From Actinomycetota bacterium (lineage in GTDB: Bacteria; Actinomycetota; CADDZG01; JAHWKV01), in the NCBI GenBank assembly GCA_051005875.1, contig JBPCIX010000057.1, forward strand, positions 5,269 to 69,268: a DNA stretch of 64,000 nt, written 5' to 3'. Under the pieces are notes generated by a model. The model saw nothing but the letters and a program-made list of their open reading frames with translations. It was not told the DNA's origin and made no database searches. A program made the position numbers and the translations under genes. The number at the start of each line of letters is the position of its first letter. Position 1 is the first letter of the stretch. Below are positions 54,288 through 62,777 of the stretch, piece after piece.

Positions 54288-54796
54288 CGACTCGAATTCT
54301 CCGGATCTGACGGTCTCTCGCCAGTTTGGTGGCGAGCTTGCGCAGCGCCGCGAGCGTCGAGGAATGCTTGCAATAGCAAGGTTGCTGCTACCTTGTCGAC
54401 AACCGATCCTTGCCTTTCACCCTTTACTCCGGCACTCCGCAGTGCGGCGTGGGCATCGAGAGTGGTTAGCCGCTCATCAAATAGATGGACCGGCAGGCCC
54501 AGGCGCTTATGAAGCTCGTCGGCGAACGACCTTGCCGCGTCGGCCGCTGGGCCCTCGGTCCCCTTAAGAGTCTTCGGCAGTCCAACGACGATTTCATCAA
54601 CCGCGCGCTCCCGCGCTATCTTCTCGAGCTGCTTGATATGAGAGTTGCCAACACGCGTTATCACGCTCACCGGAAGAGCGATTTTTCCGGTGGGGTCCGA
54701 AACGGCCACCCCCACGCGCACCGATCCGGGGTCGATCGCTAAAACGGTTTGGCCGAGGCGCCTGGTCAGGCCGGTCTGAGACAGAGTCACACGCAC
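54284..54796 (-). CDS. ruvX: Holliday-junction-resolvase-like putative pre-16S rRNA nuclease YqgF/RuvX
   Basis: LAIDPGSVRVGVAVSD and DERLTT are present. The conserved position is after alaS. Confidence 0.88.
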   Translation of the reverse strand: MRVTLSQTGLTRRLGQTVLAIDPGSVRVGVAVSDPTGKIALPVSVITRVGNSHIKQLEKIARERAVDEIVVGLPKTLKGTEGPAADAARSFADELHKRLGLPVHLFDERLTTLDAHAALRSAGVKGERQGSVVDKVAATLLLQAFLDARGAAQARHQTGERPSDPENSSR

Positions 54797-54800
54797 CCCA

Positions 54801-57446
54801 TCAAGTGAGGCTTTCGAGAGCCCGCCGGGCCGCTGCCTCGCAAAGCTTGAGAGCTCTGGCCATCTCGGCGATTTTTGGCCCCCCCGCTACCGCAAGGTCC
54901 GGCTTCCCGCCTCCGCCGCCCCCCAGAGCGACTTTGCCCTCCTTGAGCAAACTGGGCGCGGAAATCCCCTTGTCGACGAGATCTTTCGATACCGCAGCCA
55001 CGAGGCTGGCCTTGCCGCCTTCGGTCGATCCGAGCACAACTACTCCCGAGCCCATCTTCTGCGTTAAGCCAACGGCAAGCTTTCGCAGATCCTCGGGTGC
55101 ACCCTTGCGTTCGAGGAGCACCAGCCTGGCGCCGCCCGGCGCCGCAGGAATTGCGGAGCTGAGCATTGATTCCACTTCTTGACGATTGCGTTGATCGTTA
55201 AGGTGGCTAATTTCAGACTCCATGCCTTTTAGGGATTCAAGAATCTTTTCCACCCGCTCCGCCGCACTCTCAGGATCCGTTTTAAGCATTTGCGCAATTC
55301 TTTCCAGCTCGGTGACTCTGGCATTGAGGTGAGAAAGCCCGGCCAGGCCGGTCAGGGCCTCAACCCTGCGCACTCCCGCGGCCACGGAACCCTCATGAAC
55401 AAATTTGATGACGCCAATTTGCCCGGTGTGACTTACGTGGGTGCCGCCACACAACTCTTTGGAATAATCCCCCACCTCAACCACCCTAACGTGCTCGCCG
55501 TACTTCTCGCCGAACAAGGCCATAGCCCCGATGCTGGTCGCGTAATCAAAGGTTGTCTCGAAAGCCCGCACCGAGTCGTCCCACAAGACCCGCCTGTTCA
55601 CCTCTTCTTCCATTTGCGCCAACTGATCGCTGTTCACCGGTTCGAAATGTGAGAAATCGAAGCGAAGTCGGCCCGGCTCAACCAACGAACCCTGTTGCTT
55701 AGCGTGCTCGCCGAGAGTGCTCCTGAGGGCCCAGTGGATCATGTGGGTGGCGCTGTGGCTCTGTGTAACGCCGTCGCGATGGTTGGGATCCACGGTGGCC
55801 CGGGCCTGCTCCCCCACCACGACGTCGCCCTCGATGACCTTGCCTGAATGAACGATGATCCCTGGAATACCCCAGCGGGTACTTTCTACACGGAAGATGC
55901 CCGAAGTTGTCCGGACGTCTCCCCTGTCGCCGACCTGTCCGCCGCCCTCTGCATAAAATGGTGTTTCAGCCAGCACTATTTGACCAACGCTGCCCTCGGC
56001 GAGGGCCTCGACAGCGTCTTCTTCCTGCAGAATTCCCCCGATGGTTGTATCGAGAGAAAGCTCTTCGTAACCCAGGAACTCCGTGCGTCCGGCCGCATCC
56101 ACAATGTCACTCAAAGCCTGCTGGCCGGGACCTTCCTGCTTGCCTGTGCCTCTCGCTGAACGCGCCCGATCGCGCTGTGCTTTCATCAGATCCTTAAATC
56201 CCGGCTCATCAACCTCGAGACCTTCGTCCTTAGCAATATCGTTGGTCAAGTCCAACGGGAACCCGTAAGTATCGTGTAGCTTGAAAACCATTTCCCCCGA
56301 CAGGTGAGTTTGCTCCTGGCTCCTTAGACGCTTAATTTCGTTCTCCAGCATTCCAAGGCCCGACCTCAAAGTTTGGTCGAAAGACGCCTCTTCTTTAGAG
56401 ACCAACTTTGTGATCAATTCACGGTTACGGCCCACCTCGTCGTAGGCCGACGCGTACGTGTCGACGACGGTCCCTGTGAGATCGGCCAGAACCGGATCTT
56501 CCACTCCCATCAAACGGGCATGACGCACCGCCCGGCGAATCAACCGTCTGAGAACATAGCCCCGCCCGATGTTGCCCGGAAAAACTCCGTCCGACACAAG
56601 AAAGGTCATGGCCCGGGAGTGATCGACGAGCACTCGAAGGCCTACGTCCGTCTCGTTCGATGCTCCATATGAGAGCCCGGTCAACTCCTGGGCTTGACGG
56701 AGCACCGGGGCCATTGAATCGATCTCAAAATTGCTGGGCACAGCCTGCAGAATCGAAGCAAGACGCTCCAGGCCCATCCCGGTGTCGACGTTCTGTGCCG
56801 GCAAGTCTCGGACAATTTCCCCTTTGTCGTCTTGATAATGTTGCATGAACACAAGGTTCCACACTTCTAAGTACCGCTCTTCGTCGAGGTCGCCGGAGAC
56901 ATAGGGACGGCCAAAAGCTTCACCGCGGTCGTAGAGTATTTCCGAACAAGGCCCGCAGGGGCCTGCAACTCCCATGTCCCAGAAGTTCCCCTCGGCCCTG
57001 GTTCGCCGAAGGATGCGTGAACTAGGGACCCCAACCTCTTGCTCCCAAATTTTTGCAGCCTCCTCGTCGTCCTCATAGACCGTGACCCAAAGCCGGTCCG
57101 TGGGGATCCCATACGGGCCAATCATTAATTCCCAACCCCAGGAGCAAGCCTCGCGCTTGAAATAGTCCCCAAACGAGAAATTGCCAAGCATCTCAAAAAA
57201 CGTGAGATGCCTGTTGGTCTTGCCGACCTCTTCCAAATCGATCTCGCGAAAACACTTCTGAACTGAGGCGGCTCTCGGAAACGCGCGCGCCTTTTCGCCG
57301 AGGAAGTAGGGCTTGAACTGAACCATGCCGGCGTTGGTAAGTAAAAGGGTGGGGTCGTCGGGTACCAAAGACGAGGATGGAACTATCTTGTGCCCGCGCT
57401 CGGCAAAGAAATCAAGAAATGCGCCACGAATTGTTGCCGAATCCAA
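54801..57446 (-). CDS. alaS: Alanine--tRNA ligase
   Basis: 881 aa containing FTNAGMVQFK (as LLTNAGMVQFKPYF), the editing-domain HSATH and a C-terminal DHHA1 domain. Confidence 0.97.
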   Translation of the reverse strand: MDSATIRGAFLDFFAERGHKIVPSSSLVPDDPTLLLTNAGMVQFKPYFLGEKARAFPRAASVQKCFREIDLEEVGKTNRHLTFFEMLGNFSFGDYFKREACSWGWELMIGPYGIPTDRLWVTVYEDDEEAAKIWEQEVGVPSSRILRRTRAEGNFWDMGVAGPCGPCSEILYDRGEAFGRPYVSGDLDEERYLEVWNLVFMQHYQDDKGEIVRDLPAQNVDTGMGLERLASILQAVPSNFEIDSMAPVLRQAQELTGLSYGASNETDVGLRVLVDHSRAMTFLVSDGVFPGNIGRGYVLRRLIRRAVRHARLMGVEDPVLADLTGTVVDTYASAYDEVGRNRELITKLVSKEEASFDQTLRSGLGMLENEIKRLRSQEQTHLSGEMVFKLHDTYGFPLDLTNDIAKDEGLEVDEPGFKDLMKAQRDRARSARGTGKQEGPGQQALSDIVDAAGRTEFLGYEELSLDTTIGGILQEEDAVEALAEGSVGQIVLAETPFYAEGGGQVGDRGDVRTTSGIFRVESTRWGIPGIIVHSGKVIEGDVVVGEQARATVDPNHRDGVTQSHSATHMIHWALRSTLGEHAKQQGSLVEPGRLRFDFSHFEPVNSDQLAQMEEEVNRRVLWDDSVRAFETTFDYATSIGAMALFGEKYGEHVRVVEVGDYSKELCGGTHVSHTGQIGVIKFVHEGSVAAGVRRVEALTGLAGLSHLNARVTELERIAQMLKTDPESAAERVEKILESLKGMESEISHLNDQRNRQEVESMLSSAIPAAPGGARLVLLERKGAPEDLRKLAVGLTQKMGSGVVVLGSTEGGKASLVAAVSKDLVDKGISAPSLLKEGKVALGGGGGGKPDLAVAGGPKIAEMARALKLCEAAARRALESLT

Positions 57447-59228
57447 TCAGCTTTCCTCGCTGGTTGTTGTTAGGTGAAGTTCGGCCAGTTGAGCCTCGTC
57501 AACCCTGTCGGGGGCCCCGGTCATGATGTCGGTCATCGCCGAGGTTTTGGGAAATGCTATGACTTCACGGATGTTGTCCTTGCCGGCAAGCAAAGCCACA
57601 AAACGATCTAGCCCCATTGCAAATCCGGCATGGGGCGGCGCGCCGTAATCGAATGCTTTCACGAACCATCCAAATCGCCTCTCAGCCGTTTCGTCGTCGA
57701 TGCCAATCAGACTGAAGACCTTTCGCTGCAAGCCGGGTTCGTGGATACGAACGCTTCCGCCGGCCACCTCCCATCCGTTCAAGACCGCGTCGTAGGAACG
57801 GGCTCGGACCGCTCCGGGATCGGAATCCATTAAATGAAGATCCTCGTCTTTGGGCGCCGTGAAAGGATGATGCACGGGATCCCATCGAGACTCTTTTTCG
57901 TTGAAATCGACCAGGGGGGCATCGTCCACCCAAACAAACTTCCAGGCATTGGGGTCGTCAGGCGGCAGAACCGGCCTGAGACCCAATAGGTCGGCGCAGG
58001 CAAGCCGAACCTCGCCAAGAACCCTGCGAGCAACCTTCTTGGTATCGCAAACTATCAGGACTGTATCTCCCGTCTCGGCGCCTACGGCCTTTTGGATGTC
58101 CTCGGTCTCACCGGGACTGAGATGCGCTGCCAGGGGTGACGAGATGCCGTCTTCGGTAAAAGTTATCCAGGCAAGGCCGCCGGCGCCGAGCCTGCGAGCT
58201 AGTTGGGTAAGGCCGTCAAGCTGCTTGCGATCCATGGCCGCCCCACCCGGAACACTTATTGCATAAGCGGATCCCCCTGAAGCCAAAGTCTTCGCGAATA
58301 CTTGCACTCCTGTTCCGGCCAGAGCGGAGGTTATATCAGCAAGCCGGACGTCGAAGCGAAGGTCGGGTTTATCGGTGCCATACGACTCCATCGCCTCCTC
58401 GTAGGTCATATGCATAAAGGGGGTCGGCAGGTCCAGGCCCATAGCTGCCTTCGCCGCCGCACGAAACATCCCTTCGGCAATTTCTTGAACCATGCTTTCG
58501 TCCGCAAATGAAATTTCCGCATCGAGCTGAGTGAAATCCGGTTGGCGATCGGCTCTTGGATCCTCGTCTCGGAAACACCTGACAATTTGATAGTAGCGAT
58601 CCAGCCCGGCAACCATCAGGAGCTGCTTGAATAGTTGTGGAGATTGCTGAAGCGCGAAAAAGGATCCCGGCTGCAAGCGCGATGGAACCAGATAGTCGCG
58701 AGCGCCCTCGGGGGTGCTCTTGTTCAGCATCGGAGTCTCTATCTCGATAAAGGCCTCGTCGTCGAAATAGCGCCTAATGGCGGCCACCGTACGATGCCGC
58801 AGCATGAATACCTTCTGAACCTCAGGCCGTCGAAGGTCAAGGTATCGATACCTGAGGCGGATTTCCTCATTGGCTTCGATGCCGTCTTCGACAGTGAACG
58901 GAGGAGTCGCCGACTCGGCTAAGACCTCGATCGTCGAAGGCGCTATTTCAATTTCACCGGTCGGGAGATTCGGATTTACGGCCCCCTTGAGGCGGGGCCT
59001 CACCAGCCCCTTGACCAAAAGGACATATTCCGCTCGGACCCCGTCGGCAGTTTTGTAATCTTCGGGCTGCTCATCGGGATGGACAACAACCTGCACCAGC
59101 CCCTCACGGTCCCTTAGGTCCAAGAATATGACTCCGCCGTGGTCGCGTCGACGGTGGACCCAGCCGGTAATGGCAACCTGAGTTCCAAGGTTGGCGGCTC
59201 TAAGCTCACCGCACCAGTGGGTCCTCAC
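57447..59228 (-). CDS. aspS: Aspartate--tRNA ligase
   Basis: 593 aa with an OB-fold N-terminus, class II motifs (FRDEDPRADRQPDFTQLD, GLDRFVALL) and the bacterial insertion domain. Its GTG forms a GTGA overlap with the hisS stop. Confidence 0.97.
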   Translation of the reverse strand: MRTHWCGELRAANLGTQVAITGWVHRRRDHGGVIFLDLRDREGLVQVVVHPDEQPEDYKTADGVRAEYVLLVKGLVRPRLKGAVNPNLPTGEIEIAPSTIEVLAESATPPFTVEDGIEANEEIRLRYRYLDLRRPEVQKVFMLRHRTVAAIRRYFDDEAFIEIETPMLNKSTPEGARDYLVPSRLQPGSFFALQQSPQLFKQLLMVAGLDRYYQIVRCFRDEDPRADRQPDFTQLDAEISFADESMVQEIAEGMFRAAAKAAMGLDLPTPFMHMTYEEAMESYGTDKPDLRFDVRLADITSALAGTGVQVFAKTLASGGSAYAISVPGGAAMDRKQLDGLTQLARRLGAGGLAWITFTEDGISSPLAAHLSPGETEDIQKAVGAETGDTVLIVCDTKKVARRVLGEVRLACADLLGLRPVLPPDDPNAWKFVWVDDAPLVDFNEKESRWDPVHHPFTAPKDEDLHLMDSDPGAVRARSYDAVLNGWEVAGGSVRIHEPGLQRKVFSLIGIDDETAERRFGWFVKAFDYGAPPHAGFAMGLDRFVALLAGKDNIREVIAFPKTSAMTDIMTGAPDRVDEAQLAELHLTTTSEES

Positions 59229-60514
59229 GAGGAGACCGCCGAAGCTGAGGACTGTCGCAACTGCCGGACAAGTTGGATGGCGGGGACCGAAGTCTCGTCA
59301 CCGGTTTGCATGTCTTTAAGTGTGTAAACAGAGCCCGCCAATTCCTTTTCTCCAATAACCACGGCCCACCTGGCGCCGGAGCGGTCGGCCATTTTGAACT
59401 GCCCCTTAATGGCCCGGCCCGAATGATCGAGGTCCGCAGAGATTCCCTCGCGCCTCAACTTTGTAACCAACTCGAAGGCGGGCTTTTGGGCCGGCGCCCC
59501 CACCGAAACAACAAACACGTCCAGAGGCTGCGGCCGTAAAGTTGCGTCTTCTGGCGTCAGTTGTTCTATCGCCAGAGCGATCCGCTCTACCCCCAAGCCG
59601 AAGCCGATGCCCGGCAACGATGGACCGCCGATCTGCTCAGAAAGACCGTCATAACGGCCACCGGCGCCGACTGCGTCTTGAGATCCCAAGCCCTCGGCCA
59701 CAAATTCAAAGGCCGTCCGGGTGTAATAGTCGAGACCTCGAACGAGCGTCGGATCCTCAACAAATTCAACATTTATGGTCGTGAGAAGCAGTTTTACAGC
59801 CTCATAGTGCTCTTTGCATTCAACACAAAGATGGTCGACTATCACCGGGGCATTCTCCATTACTTTGCGATCTTCTGGGACCTTGCAGTCAAAAGTCCTC
59901 AGTGGATTGGCATGGAGTTTGCGCCGGCAGTCTGAACAAAGCTCGGCTTCGTGGGCATTCAGATAATCTAAGAGCAAGGGCAGGTACAAAGCCCTGCATT
60001 CGGGGTGACCGATGCTATTTAGCTTCAAAGTAACCCCGGTCAGGCCCAGCTGGGAATAAACCTCGGCGGCAAGGCCGATTACCTCGGCGTCGACTCCAGG
60101 ACCAGGGCTCCCGAGCACTTCGACGCCCGCTTGCCAAAACTGCCGGTAGCGACCAGCCTGCGGTCGCTCGTGCCGGAAAATGGGGCTCACGTAATAGAGC
60201 TTGACAGGCAACCCCTTACGGTCCAACCCATGCTCCAGGGTCGCGCGGAGGACAGGCGCGGTCATGTCTGGCCGAAGCGTGAGCGATCGACCCCCTTTGT
60301 CCTTGAAGGTATACATCTCCTTGGTAACGATGTCGCTGGCCGCTGCCAACCCCCGCTCAAAAAGCTCAGTGGATTCAAAGACCGGTGTGTCAATCCTGTG
60401 GAACCCCCACAAACGAAAAGCCCGTATGGCGGCGGAGATAATTTCCTCATGGCGCCGCGAGTCAGGGGGTAAAAGATCAGGCGCCCCCTTAGGCCCAGAA
60501 ATCCGAGAACTCAT
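59225..60514 (-). CDS. hisS: Histidine--tRNA ligase
   Basis: 429 aa containing LRPDMTAPVLR, YRHERPQAGRYRQF and GGRYDGL. Confidence 0.96.
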   Translation of the reverse strand: MSSRISGPKGAPDLLPPDSRRHEEIISAAIRAFRLWGFHRIDTPVFESTELFERGLAAASDIVTKEMYTFKDKGGRSLTLRPDMTAPVLRATLEHGLDRKGLPVKLYYVSPIFRHERPQAGRYRQFWQAGVEVLGSPGPGVDAEVIGLAAEVYSQLGLTGVTLKLNSIGHPECRALYLPLLLDYLNAHEAELCSDCRRKLHANPLRTFDCKVPEDRKVMENAPVIVDHLCVECKEHYEAVKLLLTTINVEFVEDPTLVRGLDYYTRTAFEFVAEGLGSQDAVGAGGRYDGLSEQIGGPSLPGIGFGLGVERIALAIEQLTPEDATLRPQPLDVFVVSVGAPAQKPAFELVTKLRREGISADLDHSGRAIKGQFKMADRSGARWAVVIGEKELAGSVYTLKDMQTGDETSVPAIQLVRQLRQSSASAVSS

Positions 60515-60548
60515 ATCCCCCCCAGTCTAACGGGGCCGCTCAACCACC

Positions 60549-62777
60549 CTAACGAGGCGTTATTCGATAGGCGTCGTAGACGCCTTCAACTCGTTTGGCC
60601 GTGTTTACGATCCCCGACAACTGAGCGGGGTTACTGATTTCGAACGTGAATTGGAGTATCGCCAGACCGCCCGCTGCGGTGCTGGTCGCTGAATGGATAT
60701 TGATTCCGTAATCCGAGATCGCTGTTGTCACATCTCTAAGCAGCTTCGCGCGGTCCAACGCTTCGACACGGATCGAAACCGTAAAGATCCCCACTACCGC
60801 CTCATCCCAATGGACCTCGATGAATCGCTCCCCGTGGACACCGAGGTCCTTCGCATTGGGACAATCGACGCGATGGATAGACACGCCCCTGCCTTTGGTT
60901 ATGAACCCGATGATCGGATCAGGCGGGACAGGCATGCAACAGCGCGCCAGTTTCACCCACACATCGCCAGCGCCCTCGACTACGACTCCACTCGTAGACG
61001 GTGCAGTAGTTCTTACCCTTTGGGATATCGCGGGAACTGCGTCGTCCTCAACGCTTGCGTGATCCCGGGCATATCGTTGAACTACAGTGGTTGGGGAAAT
61101 GCGGCCTTCGCCTACAGCAACAAATAAGGCCTCCAGACTTGAATACTTGAGATCCTTGGCGAGGGCCTCGAGTGTTCCGTCGCCGGTCATCTTTTGGCTA
61201 GGGAGCCCGGCCCTGCGAAGGCCCTTCAACAATGAATCCTTCCCCTCGACCACCGCCGCCTCGCGGCGCTGAGTGGTGAACCATTGTTTGATTTTGGTCC
61301 GGGCTCTGGGAGTTACGACGATGTCGAGCCAATCCCGGCTCGGTCCCCCGCCACCCTTAGAAGTTACTATCTCCACGGTCTCGCCGGAGACAAGCTGGTG
61401 AGCCAGCGGCGCCAGTCGCCCGCTCACCCTTGCCCCCACGCAGGCGTGTCCAACCTCGGTATGAATTGAGTAGGCAAAATCAACCGGCGTGGCGCCCTTG
61501 GGCAGCTGCAACACCTCGCCCTTCGGGGTGAAAACAAAAACCTCATCTGCGAAAAGATCCAATCGCAGACTGTCTAGAAATTCGGCGTCGTCCTCGGTGT
61601 GCTGCATGTCGACCATGCGCTTCATCCAGGCGGCTTGCTCTCCCTTTCCCTTGCCGCGTGGATCCTCCTTGTATTGCCAGTGCGAAGCAACCCCCCAGTC
61701 GGCCCGCTCATGCATCTCGGTAGTTCTAATTTGAATCTCAAGCGGTTTTCCGCCGGGTCCCACCACCGTTGTGTGCAGCGACTGGTACAAGTTGAACTTG
61801 GGCATGGCGATGTAGTCCTTGAAGCGGCCGGGAACGGGCTTCCAAAGCGAATGGATAGCTCCGAGCGCTGCGTAACAATCCTTTAAGTTGTCCACCAGGA
61901 CTCGCACGCCGAGCAGATCAAAGATCTCGTCGAATTCACGTCCCCTGCCCACCATTTTTTCGTAAATTGAATAGAAGTGCTTCGGCCTGCCGGTGATCTG
62001 GGCCTTAATTCTCACCTCTCGGAGCTTTTGCGCCACCTGATCAATGACGGATTGCAAAACTTCTTGCCGCTGCGGCTGACGAAGCGCCACCATTTGTTCG
62101 ATTTCCGCGTAAACCTTTGGCTGCAATGCGCGAAAACTGAGATCCTCGAGTTCGGACTTGATTTGCTCCATGCCAAGCCGGTGGGCTAGGGGGGCATAGA
62201 TCTCCAGAGTTTCGGTCGCCACCTCGTGTCTCTTGGCCTCGGCCAGCGGATCGATGGTGCGCATGTTGTGCAAGCGGTCGGCCAGTTTGATGATCAACAC
62301 CCGAAGGTCTTTGGCCATCGCCACGATCATTTTTCTGAGGTTCTCGGCCTGTTCATGTTGCGCGGAGCGAAACTGGATCTTGTCAAGCTTTGTGAGTCCA
62401 TCGATAATCTCGGCGGTCTCTTCGCCGAACGCCTCGCGAACTTCAGCCAACTGCAGGTCTGTGTCCTCGACGGAGTCGTGCAAAAAGGCGGCGATGATGC
62501 TGATTGGATCCATGCCGAGATCAGCCAATATCCGTGCAACGCCAATCGGGTGGTGAATGAAGGGCTCGCCCGAGGCCCTTAGCTGGCCCCGATGCACGTC
62601 TGCTGCAAGGTCGTAGGCCCTGGAGATGTCGCGGGTTTCCGATTTAGGATGCCTCGAGCGGACGAGCCTTACAATTTCTTCAACTTCCTTCGGCGGCGGC
62701 TGACCGCCCGCAGGCCTTAGCCGGGAAAACACCCTCTTTGCTCGCCGAGGCTCGCTGGGATTGGCTGCTTGGTCCAC
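60549..62777 (-). CDS. relA: Bifunctional (p)ppGpp synthetase / hydrolase (RelA/SpoT homolog)
   Basis: The HD domain (HPIGVA...LHDSVEDT), the synthetase domain (YQSLHTTV) and TGS and ACT C-terminal regions are present. The GTG start directly abuts the secF TAA. Confidence 0.95.
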   Translation of the reverse strand: MDQAANPSEPRRAKRVFSRLRPAGGQPPPKEVEEIVRLVRSRHPKSETRDISRAYDLAADVHRGQLRASGEPFIHHPIGVARILADLGMDPISIIAAFLHDSVEDTDLQLAEVREAFGEETAEIIDGLTKLDKIQFRSAQHEQAENLRKMIVAMAKDLRVLIIKLADRLHNMRTIDPLAEAKRHEVATETLEIYAPLAHRLGMEQIKSELEDLSFRALQPKVYAEIEQMVALRQPQRQEVLQSVIDQVAQKLREVRIKAQITGRPKHFYSIYEKMVGRGREFDEIFDLLGVRVLVDNLKDCYAALGAIHSLWKPVPGRFKDYIAMPKFNLYQSLHTTVVGPGGKPLEIQIRTTEMHERADWGVASHWQYKEDPRGKGKGEQAAWMKRMVDMQHTEDDAEFLDSLRLDLFADEVFVFTPKGEVLQLPKGATPVDFAYSIHTEVGHACVGARVSGRLAPLAHQLVSGETVEIVTSKGGGGPSRDWLDIVVTPRARTKIKQWFTTQRREAAVVEGKDSLLKGLRRAGLPSQKMTGDGTLEALAKDLKYSSLEALFVAVGEGRISPTTVVQRYARDHASVEDDAVPAISQRVRTTAPSTSGVVVEGAGDVWVKLARCCMPVPPDPIIGFITKGRGVSIHRVDCPNAKDLGVHGERFIEVHWDEAVVGIFTVSIRVEALDRAKLLRDVTTAISDYGINIHSATSTAAGGLAILQFTFEISNPAQLSGIVNTAKRVEGVYDAYRITPR

